Shown here piece after piece: positions 10,564 to 20,255 of a stretch of 64,000 nucleotides of DNA. The notes under the pieces were generated by a model. It was not told the DNA's origin. It worked only from the letters and a program-made list of their open reading frames with translations, and searched no databases. The translations under genes were made by a program, and so were the position numbers. The stretch spans positions 96,001-160,000 of the forward strand of contig JBGPQV010000001.1 in assembly GCA_041489255.1 (NCBI GenBank), read 5' to 3'. Source of the DNA: Thermoplasmata archaeon. GTDB lineage: Archaea > Thermoplasmatota > Thermoplasmata > RBG-16-68-12 > JAFNFQ01. Positions within the stretch are counted from its first letter, which is position 1, and each line of letters starts with the position of its first letter.

Positions 10564-10725
10564 AATGCCAGACCCGTCCCTAAACTTGAGACTGAGCCAG
10601 TCTTGAGTAGCTAATACAGGATTCGGTATAAAAGTAATCGTGGGGTTATCGTTTGAGATAGCGGGAGCGGCCAGCAAGAAAGGTTAAAGTAACGTGGACG
10701 CTCTTCGCGCCCGCTGGTCGCAAGA

Positions 10726-11148
10726 CTGGCCGCCAAAGGTGGTTCTCTGCGTTCGGATGACAGGCATGAGCTGATTGGGAAGCAAGTTATCGACACTGAC
10801 GGCATCGAGGTTGGCTACGTGGTGGACGCGGACTCGCGTTTTCTCCGCCTGGCGGAAGGCCCCATCAGGAACGTCGGCCTTGGCCGCAGATTTGTGAAGC
10901 AGGTCACCGACAAAGTGGTGCTTGGCGGACCGGCATCGGAAATCTTCTCCGGCCTCAACGTGATTGATTCTTCGGGGGAGTTCGTCGGCATAATCAAGGA
11001 TACCGTCGAATCCGGGGATGTCCTCGACAGCCTCATCGTGGAGGATGAGGAGGGTGGGATGCTAGTAGTGGTGATGGAAGATATCTCCGTCATGGACGAG
11101 TGGGTGGAACTCCGTGTCTCAGCCGAGGACCTAGAAGAGAAGCAGTGA
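10726..11148 (+). CDS. tandem PRC-barrel domain protein (start uncertain, probably CTG)
   Basis: ELIGKQVIDTDGIEVGYV and EIFSGLNVIDSSGEFVGIIKD; the frame is open from 10693, upstream of the ORF-track GTG at 10819. Confidence 0.75.
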   Translation: MAAKGGSLRSDDRHELIGKQVIDTDGIEVGYVVDADSRFLRLAEGPIRNVGLGRRFVKQVTDKVVLGGPASEIFSGLNVIDSSGEFVGIIKDTVESGDVLDSLIVEDEEGGMLVVVMEDISVMDEWVELRVSAEDLEEKQ

Positions 11149-11316
11149 TCATTCCTCCGCCGGGCTCAGCATGAGTATCGCGAAACCGAGCCAGACGAGA
11201 GCGACCATCGTTAAGAGGATGTTACCGTAGGTGGGGAGGAAGCTCACGCCGACGAGGATTATGGGGACGATTATCCCGATGAAGAAGTAGAGCATTTTCC
11301 GGGATGTTTCCTCCAT
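11149..11316 (-). CDS. small two-TM membrane protein
   Basis: MEETSRKMLYFFIGIIVPIILVG...; two hydrophobic segments, follows rpe on the same strand. Confidence 0.7.
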   Translation of the reverse strand: MEETSRKMLYFFIGIIVPIILVGVSFLPTYGNILLTMVALVWLGFAILMLSPAEE

Positions 11317-11346
11317 GTTGTTCCCCTGCGCTAACAATAGCTTTCG

Positions 11347-12009
11347 TTAAATACCTTGGCCTTCGGCGACTTTCTTGAGGTCCCTCACCCTCTGCGCGAT
11401 GTTGCCTCCGAATATCGCACTGCCGGCCACGAGTATGTCCGCGCCGGCGGATGTGACCTTCGACGCGGTCTGCATGTTGATGCCCCCGTCCACCTCCAGC
11501 TCGACACCGACATTCTCCCTGCTGATGTACCCCTTTGCCTCCTTTATTTTCGGCAACACCTCAGGCATGAACTTCTGTCCCGCAAAGCCAGGGTTCACGG
11601 TCATGATGAGGAGGAGGTCCACGTCTTTGAGGAACGGGACGGCCTTCTCGAAGGGCGTTGGCGGATTGATGACCACGCCGGGGCTCTTCCCTTCGTCCTC
11701 GATTAGCCTGATTGTCTTCCTGACATCGTGGGCGGCCTCGATGTGCACCGTGATTATGTCCGCGCCGGCATCCGCGAAGGGTTTGACCATCCTTTCCGGG
11801 TGCTCTATCATCAGATGCACGTCAAGGGGAAGCTTCGTGCACCGCCGCACGGCGTGGACAATCACAGGACCGACCGTGATATTCGGGACGAAGTGGCCGT
11901 CCATGACGTCGATGTGGAATAGGTCGGCACCTCCCTTCTCGGCAAGCTGGACTTGCCTGGTCAATTCCGTATAGTCGGCGGAAAGTATCGACGGGGCTAT
12001 CTTGACCAT
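11347..12009 (-). CDS. rpe: ribulose-phosphate 3-epimerase
   Basis: IAPSILSAD, HIDVMDGHFVPN, DVHLMI, MTVNPGFAGQ and EVDGGIN. Confidence 0.97.
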   Translation of the reverse strand: MVKIAPSILSADYTELTRQVQLAEKGGADLFHIDVMDGHFVPNITVGPVIVHAVRRCTKLPLDVHLMIEHPERMVKPFADAGADIITVHIEAAHDVRKTIRLIEDEGKSPGVVINPPTPFEKAVPFLKDVDLLLIMTVNPGFAGQKFMPEVLPKIKEAKGYISRENVGVELEVDGGINMQTASKVTSAGADILVAGSAIFGGNIAQRVRDLKKVAEGQGI

Positions 12010-12034
12010 CGATTTTGGGAACAAGCTCTGCGAA

Positions 12035-12820
12035 TTAAGCTTTGCCCGCCGGTTCGAGCGATCCCGCCTTGACAACGAGCACCGTCAAGTTGTCAGGAGT
12101 CCCCCTCATCGCCACCGCCTCATGTTGCAAAGCCTCGGCGACCGCAGGCGCCGTCGTCATCTTCCTCGCGATGGTCGCGGCCTCATCGGGGCGCATCACA
12201 TCCCAGAGTCCGTCGCACGCTGCGATTATCCAGAGGTCGTCCTTACAAAGGCGGGCGCTTGCCAGGTAGGGATCGGAGATGATGCCGATGTCTTTGAATT
12301 CGCGGTCACCTAGGCTGCGAGTGCATTGCAGCCCGTGTCCCTTTGAGTCCATCACATACGACCCATCGATGTGCCCTCCGGCATCGATGATCCGCATCTT
12401 CTCATCTTGGTTCGAGAGGCGATGAAGCTCGGTAAGGATCTTGTGGTTCACCTTCGAAACCAGCAGCAGCTCCGCATCCCCGGTATTGGCGACGGCAAAA
12501 TCGCAGCCATCAAGGAAGAATGCCACCGCCACGCAACCCGACCGCCTTTCGACGACCTCCCTGTCTATCGACAGGAATGCCTTCTCCAGTGCCTTATCCG
12601 CGGGAAAACCGGCGGCGAAGGCATTTTGAAAGAGGCCGGGGAATCTCCTGCCCGCCAGATCCGCGACCTCGGAACCGCCATGGCCGTCGAAGACGCCCCC
12701 GAGCACCCTCCCCGGAACGCCGCCAAAGTCGCATACTAGCGAGTGTGTGTCCTCCAATCTCGCGCGCCCTCCGATGTCCTCGACGGCCCATGCTTCGTTC
12801 TCGCGACCTTCGCCCTTCAT
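12035..12820 (-). CDS. PP2C/PPM-family Ser/Thr protein phosphatase
   Basis: GVFDGHGG, VANTGDA, TRSLGD, ACDGLWDV and DNLTVLVV. Confidence 0.92.
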   Translation of the reverse strand: MKGEGRENEAWAVEDIGGRARLEDTHSLVCDFGGVPGRVLGGVFDGHGGSEVADLAGRRFPGLFQNAFAAGFPADKALEKAFLSIDREVVERRSGCVAVAFFLDGCDFAVANTGDAELLLVSKVNHKILTELHRLSNQDEKMRIIDAGGHIDGSYVMDSKGHGLQCTRSLGDREFKDIGIISDPYLASARLCKDDLWIIAACDGLWDVMRPDEAATIARKMTTAPAVAEALQHEAVAMRGTPDNLTVLVVKAGSLEPAGKA

Positions 12821-12928
12821 GTCATCCGGTGAAGAGCTCTCACCCGCCTAAACCTTGGCTCGGGGACCAGAGTTGCTTGTGGACATCAATTGAAGAACTG
12901 TTAAGAGGGACACGGCGATTCTCGTCGC

Positions 12929-15184
12929 GTGAAACTCAAAGGCCTCGTCAAGGAGCGATATGGCGTTGTTTCTTTGGCGGTCATTTTCGTGATGTGCAGT
13001 GTTTTTGTTCTCTCCCACCCCCACTCTTTCGAGAACGCGACCGTCCCTGACGAGAGGTCGTACTACGGCTGGGCTCGACTATATAATGAAGGCATCTACG
13101 ACATGCCGCTCTATGACTGGTTCGGAGTGCAAGCGGGCCTTGATTGCTATGTGAACGCAAGCGGAATCCATTACCTAGAGCTCCATGAGAGGCTGATTCA
13201 AAGCGGTGGCGGCACGCTCAGCCTCGAGATCCGCGTGACCATGCAGGACTGGGGTGGTGCGGCGGGAGCGCAAGTCCACCTGTTCTTGCAGCGAACCCGC
13301 GTCGACCTTAGCGGCAGCACTAACTCCTCCGGAGCCGTCCTCTTCGCAAACCTCCCGAAGACGCCGATGTCCATCGCGGTCCACTACTACAAGGCCCCTC
13401 AGGGAACGCAGCCGCCAATCGACCTCGGAGCTTTCGCGCCTTATGATACTAGCGGGATCGGTGAGCCGTATCAGACGCGAATCGATGTTGTCAACTATTC
13501 GTCCACTGGTTCGCAATACGAGCTGGCCATACGCCTCGTGGATTCGCTCGACGATCCTGTCCCAGGAGTCAACCTCACGTATGTAGTCAGGGGCGATGGA
13601 CAGCCCCAGCCAATCGGGGTAACGGATGGCGATGGGGCCTACACGCTCACGTCTACCCGGCAAGGTAGCCAATCCATCATCGGCAAGAAGGACTCCAGAC
13701 GAGGGTTGGCCCCCATAGCCTCGGTGGTTCCTCAGGGGGACGGGTACGTCGTCGTGAACCACTGGGCGCCGGGCTACTCCATCATCCTTGGCATCCTCGA
13801 CAGGGCCCACCTGGCGGATTTTACTGGAGTCTTGATGATGGCCATGGCGCTCGTGGCGACCTATATGCTCGCGCGCAGGCTCTTTGGCTGGAAAGTGGCG
13901 ATGGTCTCCGGAATCCTTCAGTTGACCTGCGGCGTCGCTCTCTTGCTGATTTGGACGGTGGGCATGGCGGACTACGCATCGATGGCCTTCGCTCTCGTGG
14001 GAATCTGGCTATTGATAGAAGCCATCTTGCCGAAGAGAACCTGGTACCTATCCATCCCATTGGGCTTCTTCGGCGGTGCGGCTTTTGGCGTGAGCGTCTG
14101 GATACGCTATTCCACCGCCTCGCTCTTGCTGGCAGTACTGTTCCTCATCCTCGCCATCTCCTTCAAGGACTGGAAAGAGTTGCGCGTCAAGGGCAAGGTC
14201 GCGCTCCCCTTGGCCAAGCGTTTCATCGCGCGGACGACGCCTTTCGCTGCCGGGCTCGCACTGCTTCTGGTTCCTCTTGCAATCTACAACTCGACGTACT
14301 TCGGCGGGCCTTTCGGTGCGAGCCACAACTACGGCGGCCAGATAAACATCGATAGCAGCGGCGGCAATGTTTCCGCCAGCGTCGTCACCGGGAGCGTCTA
14401 CTCGAACTTCGATCCGATGGGCTCGATCCCGACCATGGCGGTGCGGCTTCACTGGCTTTTCACGGTGATGCCGTTCCTTCTCCTTCTCCCGGCCGCGCTC
14501 TACATTGGTTGGCGGCGGCTGCCATTCCTATTCCTCTTCGCCTGGGTGCTATCGAACCTTCTCCTCTACATGTTCATCCCTTGGGTCGCGAGCTGGTGGG
14601 AGGCAGCCAGGGCGATGGAAGACACCAGATACTTCCTGCCCGCCATGCCACCCGCAGCCATACTGGGCGGATTGGCGATCACGCAATGTCTTCTGGTTCC
14701 GAGGAGACGCAGGACCCTTGGCGTGATAATCCTCGCGTTTTTCGTCGTCGCTGGGTTCGCCGTCGCGCAAGTCGCTATTGAAGCACAGGTTGAAAGATCG
14801 GCCAACCAACCTGGAGGCGGGCCCGGTCCAAGCGGTCCGCCGAATCCACCGCCAACGCCAGAACAGAACTACACCGTCCTGACCGTCCGTCAGCTCTTGG
14901 GAGGGCCAGGGGTCTACAGCGACAAGCTCGTCGAGGTGCGCAACTGCACGTTCGATCATTGGATCGACTCTTCTTCCTTCTTGTTCCGCGACGCCAGCTC
15001 CCCGGTCCTGCTGAGGGTCGCGCTGCTGTCCGGTTACGCTCCCCCGGCGCTCTCGCCGGGCACCGTGTTCCATATCAAGGGGGTGTTCCTGTGGAATGAC
15101 AACAATGGTGATACGATTCCGCAGCCGCAGGAACTCTTAATCACGGTGAAGGCGGGAACGACCGACTCGATAGTGCTCGCGTAG
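12929..15184 (+). CDS. GT-C (ArnT/PMT-like) membrane glycosyltransferase with inserted beta-sandwich domains and a C-terminal OB-like domain
   Basis: PDERSYY after TM1, HWAPGYS, many TM helices, RYFLPAMP, Pro-rich linker. Confidence 0.7.
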   Translation: MKLKGLVKERYGVVSLAVIFVMCSVFVLSHPHSFENATVPDERSYYGWARLYNEGIYDMPLYDWFGVQAGLDCYVNASGIHYLELHERLIQSGGGTLSLEIRVTMQDWGGAAGAQVHLFLQRTRVDLSGSTNSSGAVLFANLPKTPMSIAVHYYKAPQGTQPPIDLGAFAPYDTSGIGEPYQTRIDVVNYSSTGSQYELAIRLVDSLDDPVPGVNLTYVVRGDGQPQPIGVTDGDGAYTLTSTRQGSQSIIGKKDSRRGLAPIASVVPQGDGYVVVNHWAPGYSIILGILDRAHLADFTGVLMMAMALVATYMLARRLFGWKVAMVSGILQLTCGVALLLIWTVGMADYASMAFALVGIWLLIEAILPKRTWYLSIPLGFFGGAAFGVSVWIRYSTASLLLAVLFLILAISFKDWKELRVKGKVALPLAKRFIARTTPFAAGLALLLVPLAIYNSTYFGGPFGASHNYGGQINIDSSGGNVSASVVTGSVYSNFDPMGSIPTMAVRLHWLFTVMPFLLLLPAALYIGWRRLPFLFLFAWVLSNLLLYMFIPWVASWWEAARAMEDTRYFLPAMPPAAILGGLAITQCLLVPRRRRTLGVIILAFFVVAGFAVAQVAIEAQVERSANQPGGGPGPSGPPNPPPTPEQNYTVLTVRQLLGGPGVYSDKLVEVRNCTFDHWIDSSSFLFRDASSPVLLRVALLSGYAPPALSPGTVFHIKGVFLWNDNNGDTIPQPQELLITVKAGTTDSIVLA

Positions 15185-15187
15185 GAA

Positions 15188-16213
15188 TCAGCCAATATTG
15201 CCCGCGGAGGAGCGAGACGCAACCAGGTTGATTGCGATCTCGGCCAGGTCGGACGAATAGTGAGCCGTCCTCCCTATGCTCTCGACGACGCCGGCCAAAG
15301 CGAAGACATCCCGGCCTTTCATCGAGCGCATCGCTTCAGTTGTCCGGTTCATTGTCTTGTCGAATTCGTCTATGTCGTCAATCGCGCTGTTCGCATCTTC
15401 CACGCTACCGCTCAATAGCGAGGTGAACGACCTGTCGAACATGCTCAGGGCCTGCGCGCTCGCTGCGTCGAGCGAGTCCATCAGCTTCTTATCCACACCC
15501 TTCTCCATCAAAAGCACGCTGGCGGCGATGCGCTCCGCGTGATCCCCAATGCGCTCAAGGATCTTGGCGGCCTGGCGGTAGGAACTGCTCGTGCCCAGGT
15601 CTATGCCCTGCTTGGCAGCAAGGCCAGCATCCACGAGCATCAGGTTGAACTGCTTCGCGGTCATCCAGAAGAGCCTATCGATGTCCTCGTCCCTCGCTTC
15701 GACATCGCGGGCGAGCGAAAGATTCAGAGTGCGGAGGGCGGTCATCGCCTCCTCGTGCATCGATCTGATGGTGAGATGCATCCGCCTGAGGCACTTCTCC
15801 TGTGAGAACTGTGCGGGATCCGAGAGGTCTTGAATGACTATCGCGTCCTTCGTCTCCTCGAGTATCTCGGGCCCTATCACCATGCGCGTGAACTCCCGCA
15901 CTGCCTTGCGCAGCTCCGGCTCGTGATGGCCTTTGAACTCGACCTCGAGTATCTCGTTGCCCGCGATGTAGGCGGCGATCAGGCGGCGCAGCAGATGCTC
16001 GCGCCTTTCAGGCTTGTCGACAACGACGATCGCCCTTCTCGGTCCCCGTTCCGCGCTCGGCTGGGCTTGGACATACAGTCCGCCGTTCGGAGTCTTCGCG
16101 AAGAACACCATGTCCCCTGCCTTCAAATGTGACTCGGTTACCCAGCGCTTCGGCAAAGTCACGAGGTAGGTCGAACCCCCTGTCATCTGCAACTTCCGTG
16201 CTTCAAGGGTCAT
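15188..16213 (-). CDS. phoU: phosphate uptake regulator (AbrB + PhoU domains)
   Basis: RKLQMTGGSTYLVTLPKRW, RRLIAAYIAG and LERIGDHA. Confidence 0.92.
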   Translation of the reverse strand: MTLEARKLQMTGGSTYLVTLPKRWVTESHLKAGDMVFFAKTPNGGLYVQAQPSAERGPRRAIVVVDKPERREHLLRRLIAAYIAGNEILEVEFKGHHEPELRKAVREFTRMVIGPEILEETKDAIVIQDLSDPAQFSQEKCLRRMHLTIRSMHEEAMTALRTLNLSLARDVEARDEDIDRLFWMTAKQFNLMLVDAGLAAKQGIDLGTSSSYRQAAKILERIGDHAERIAASVLLMEKGVDKKLMDSLDAASAQALSMFDRSFTSLLSGSVEDANSAIDDIDEFDKTMNRTTEAMRSMKGRDVFALAGVVESIGRTAHYSSDLAEIAINLVASRSSAGNIG

Positions 16214-16416
16214 GTCTACTCATGCCTCCATAATCTTCTCAGTCTGTCTATGGTCTCTGTGGATATAAGCCCTGTCTTTAGAGTGAAATGGAGAACCAGC
16301 GACATTTCCGATTTGCGTCCTTTAGCCAAAGCTTAGTAAGCAACGACACGATGTGAGGAATGCCTGCGTTGCCGCCTTGTCGACAGGCAGAGGAAGGAAA
16401 GTTGAACGTCAAAGAT

Positions 16417-16584
16417 ATGGAGAAGGTCGACTGCAAGTACTGCGGTGGCATCTTCCCGGTGGCCCAAGCAGTGGTGCTCGACGATGGCGGTGAGTTCAGG
16501 TACTACTGCAGCAGTGATTGCGCGTTCGGGAAATTGGGCCCGAAATCATCGATTCCAAAGCCTGCGATCAGGAGCACCGGTTAA
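16417..16584 (+). CDS. small TRASH/YHS-like metal-binding protein
   Basis: CKYCGG...RYYCSSDC. Confidence 0.6.
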   Translation: MEKVDCKYCGGIFPVAQAVVLDDGGEFRYYCSSDCAFGKLGPKSSIPKPAIRSTG

Positions 16585-17642
16585 GCTTGAGCCGGCCTCT
16601 GATCTCTGAAGTAGCGACGCTTTGCCCAAAGCGAGACGTTCACTGGGTTCATGCGGACGGGTACTTCAATCAAAGGCCCGATCACCGCCGCGAAAGCCTC
16701 GCCTGACGATATCGTGAACACGCCGATTGCGGTGGCTATTGCCAACTTGAAGTTGTTGCTGGCGGCGGTGAAGGCCAGCGTCGCCGTCTCCTCGTACTTG
16801 AAACGAGGCGTTTCGACACGTAGAACGACACCGAGAACATGATGAGGAAGTTCAGGATGAGAGGGACGGCGATTCTCAAGACATCCAAAGGCAGCCCGAT
16901 AATCTTGTCGCCTTTGTAGGAGAACATGATCACGACCGTGAACAGGAGACCGATTATGGACGTCGGCGCCAGCTTCGCCATGAACCTGTTATCGTACCAG
17001 TCCGCCCCCTTGCGCCGCACCAGGAAGAATCTGGTCAAGAAGCCCATGACAAACGGTATCCCCAGGTAGATGAGGACGCTCTCCGCCACTTGAACTATCG
17101 AGACCGACACCTCCATCGAGGCGGTGAGGCCCTCCATCCAACCCGAGAGCAGGGTCACGAAAAACCACGCCATCGGCGAGTAGAATATCATCTAGAAGAC
17201 GCTGTTGAGGCCGACAAGCAGTGCGGCGTACTCGGCGCTGCCCTGTGCCATCGAATTCCAAACCAGAACCATCGCGATGCACCGCGCGAGGCCGATGATG
17301 ATCAGCCCGACCCTGTACTCCGAGGTCCGGCAGGAACAACCATGCGAGGGCGAACATCAGGAAAGGTCTGATAACCCAATTCTGGAGCAGGGATACCGCC
17401 ATCAGCTTTCGGTTCGATGCGAGGCGCGGTATGTCGCCGTAACGCACACGGGCCAGCGGCAGATACATCATCCAGATGAGACCGACCGCGATGGGGATCG
17501 ACATGCGCCCCCAGGAAACGGAATCCAATGTTGAAGGAAGCCCGGGCACCGATGCCCCAAGTGCGATCCCCAACACCACCGCAATGAAAATCCAAAGCGT
17601 TGTGAGCTTGGCGGAGAGTGACATCCGCTGCCTATCGGACAT
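16581..17642 (-). pseudogene. acr3: ACR3 arsenite efflux transporter pseudogene
   Basis: Acr3 motifs ([47 protein letters not shown]) are split by frameshifts near 17321 and 16804 and by an in-frame TAG at 17192-17194. Confidence 0.92.
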
Positions 17643-17771
17643 CGCCAGCTTTGTGCATGAAACCCGCCACGATAAGCATTGTGTCCGGGGGCATTGGGCG
17701 GCATTTGGGGCATTCGCCCCCCGCCAAGCCTTTATACGAATTCAGGACCTTTCCCCGCCGAAGGGGAACCC

Positions 17772-18860
17772 ATGAAGAACAGGGTCAAGCAGATCTATCG
17801 CAACCTCGACAGGGATGTGGACATCGTCGTACTCGCGAATTCGACAGATCCGCATATTGACGCTACCTTCTACTATGCCACGGGGATCACCACAGGTCTT
17901 TTCGAAGGGTGCGCGGCGTTCCTGCATCCGGACGGGCACGTAGATCTACTCGCGTCCCAATTGGAGGAGGAGACGGCCAAGAAGGCGGGACTCCCGGTCA
18001 CGACATTCATGACGAGGAGGCAGCTGATGAGGGGGCTCAGGAATCACCTGGAAGGACACCGCCGGATCGGGCTGAACTTCGAGGAGATCACCCACCACTA
18101 CTACGACCGACTCAGGAAGTTGGCGCCGAAAGCCAGATTTGTCAATGTCTCCGAGGCCGTGAGAGCGGCGCGTTCGGTGAAGGACGAACACGAGCAAGGG
18201 TTGATTGAGAAGGCGTGCAAGATCGCGAGCGAAGCATTCGAGGACCTGATTCCTAGGATCAGGAAAGGCAAGAGGGAGGACGAGCTGGCGGCGGACCTGG
18301 TTTACCTCATGCAGAAGCACGGAGCTGGCGGTGCCTCATTTGAAACCATTGTGGCGTCAGGCCCCAATGGCGCTGAGCCGCATTACACTGCGGGAACAAA
18401 GAAACTCCAGAAAGGCGAGCTCGTCGTGTTTGATTTTGGCGCGAAATATCACAAGTACGTCTCGGACATCACGCGCACAGTCGTTGTCGGCAAGGCGAGC
18501 GAACAACAGAAGCGGATGCACTCGGTCGTCGAGCGAGCGCAAAAGGCTGCCCTCGCGAAGATGCGAAAAGGGGTGAAGGGCGCGGCGGTTGACAAGGCCG
18601 CAAGGGACCTGATCGACAAGACCGAGTTCAAAGGGCGCTTCGTCCACAGTCTAGGTCACAGCATAGGCCTGGCGGTGCACGACGGCGCGGGTCTCGGTCC
18701 CGCAAGCAAGGTGGTGCTCAAGCCGGGCATGATCTTCACGAACGAGCCAGGAGTCTATCTCTCCGGCTACGGCGGCGTCAGGATCGAGGACAACGTCCTC
18801 ATCACGGCCGGCAAGCCGAAGACCCTGACGACCGCGACACGCGAACTCATCGAGGTGTGA
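17772..18860 (+). CDS. Xaa-Pro aminopeptidase (M24)
   Basis: DFGAKYHKYVSDITRT, HSLGHSIGLAVHD, TNEPGVY and GGVRIED. Confidence 0.93.
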   Translation: MKNRVKQIYRNLDRDVDIVVLANSTDPHIDATFYYATGITTGLFEGCAAFLHPDGHVDLLASQLEEETAKKAGLPVTTFMTRRQLMRGLRNHLEGHRRIGLNFEEITHHYYDRLRKLAPKARFVNVSEAVRAARSVKDEHEQGLIEKACKIASEAFEDLIPRIRKGKREDELAADLVYLMQKHGAGGASFETIVASGPNGAEPHYTAGTKKLQKGELVVFDFGAKYHKYVSDITRTVVVGKASEQQKRMHSVVERAQKAALAKMRKGVKGAAVDKAARDLIDKTEFKGRFVHSLGHSIGLAVHDGAGLGPASKVVLKPGMIFTNEPGVYLSGYGGVRIEDNVLITAGKPKTLTTATRELIEV

Positions 18861-18869
18861 GGTGGTGAA

Positions 18870-20255
18870 GTGAGAGAGCTTGCGAAATCCGCGTTGAGGG
18901 TCTTCGAGAAAGCGGGGGTCGACTTCGGCGACATCAGGACAGAGGAGAGGAAGTCGACCACCATCAGGATTGCGAACGAGCAGTTGCAGGCGCTGTCCTC
19001 GGTTGTCCGCAAGGGGTTCAGCGTCAGGGCGTTCCGCCGAGGGGCTTGGGGATACAGCTCGGGCACGAGCTTCACGCTCGATTCGGTCAAGCACGCAGCC
19101 GAAGCAGCCGCAAGAATCGCCCGCGCCAACTCGACAAAAGGACTGCCCCGCTCCTCCCTCAAGAACATCAAGCCGATGAAGAAGAACCTCAAACCTGCGG
19201 TGAAGATCGACCCCGCGAATATCGGCCTCGACGAGAAGACCGAGCTGGCGATGACGGTGTCGAGAGCGCAGAGAACCGACCCCAAGGTCGCTAGCACATT
19301 CGCGATTTACGGGGAATGGGACTACGCGTTCGAGGTTGCGAACACCGTCGGCACAGACGTTTCCTGGAGAGAGATGCGGACGCGGATTGGCGGTCAGGCC
19401 GTCGCTGCCGAAGGGGATAAGAGAGACTTCGCGTACGATTTCACTGATGGGACTGGCGGGTACGAGATAGTCAAAGCCGTCGACCCGAACGAGATGGGCA
19501 AGACAATTGCGAGGGAGGCAATCGAGCTCCTCACCGCCAAGAAACCGCCGAGTGGCATGATGACGGTCATCACAGACCCCGACATATCCGGACTCCTCGC
19601 TCATGAGGTCATGGGGCATGCCTCAGAGGGGGACGAGATAACGAAGCGCCGTTCGTTCCTCACGGACATCGTTGGCAAGAAGGTTGGTTCACCCCTCGTG
19701 ACAATGTATGATGACGGTAAATATCCTGCCGCGCATGGAACGATCCCATTCGATTGCGAGGGCACGCCGGGTCATAAGACCAAAATCATCGACCGCGGCG
19801 TCTACGCGGGCTACATGCACAGCCTGGAAACCTCAGGCACGTTGAAGATGCCTTTGACCGGGAACGGGCGGGCGGAGAACTACAGCCGCCGTGTCTGGGT
19901 CAGGATGACCAACACCTACTTCGCCCCGGGTGACGACAAGTTCGATGAGATCGTCGAGGAAACGAAGGACGGCCTGCTGACGCATAAGTCGATCAGCGGC
20001 ATGGAGGACCCGGTCGGCGGCGGCTTTCAGGCGGTGGCGCTCATGGGTCACCTTGTGAAGAATGGAGAAATCGGCCCCGCGGTCAGAGGGATGACCCTCA
20101 CTGGCAAGGCACTGGAGATCCTGAAGAGCGTTGACATGGCCTCCAGGGAGTTCAAGCTCTCGGGCGGCTTCTGTGGGAAGGGAGAGGAGGACTACGTCCC
20201 TGTCTCCAGTGGCGGGCCTTACATGAGATCCAAGATAATCGTGGGAGGCGGATAG
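18870..20255 (+). CDS. tldD: TldD-family metalloprotease
   Basis: LAHEVMGHASEGD, FDCEG, GNGRA and VRMTNTY. Confidence 0.92.
   Translation: MRELAKSALRVFEKAGVDFGDIRTEERKSTTIRIANEQLQALSSVVRKGFSVRAFRRGAWGYSSGTSFTLDSVKHAAEAAARIARANSTKGLPRSSLKNIKPMKKNLKPAVKIDPANIGLDEKTELAMTVSRAQRTDPKVASTFAIYGEWDYAFEVANTVGTDVSWREMRTRIGGQAVAAEGDKRDFAYDFTDGTGGYEIVKAVDPNEMGKTIAREAIELLTAKKPPSGMMTVITDPDISGLLAHEVMGHASEGDEITKRRSFLTDIVGKKVGSPLVTMYDDGKYPAAHGTIPFDCEGTPGHKTKIIDRGVYAGYMHSLETSGTLKMPLTGNGRAENYSRRVWVRMTNTYFAPGDDKFDEIVEETKDGLLTHKSISGMEDPVGGGFQAVALMGHLVKNGEIGPAVRGMTLTGKALEILKSVDMASREFKLSGGFCGKGEEDYVPVSSGGPYMRSKIIVGGG

Noticed and set aside
16287-16295. Possible third MITE copy (AATGGAGAA core)
   Set aside because: No terminal repeats at the expected offsets.
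16581-17642. Programmed frameshifting or stop readthrough in acr3
   Set aside because: Three independent lesions, no slippery sites and degenerate conserved residues indicate pseudogenisation.
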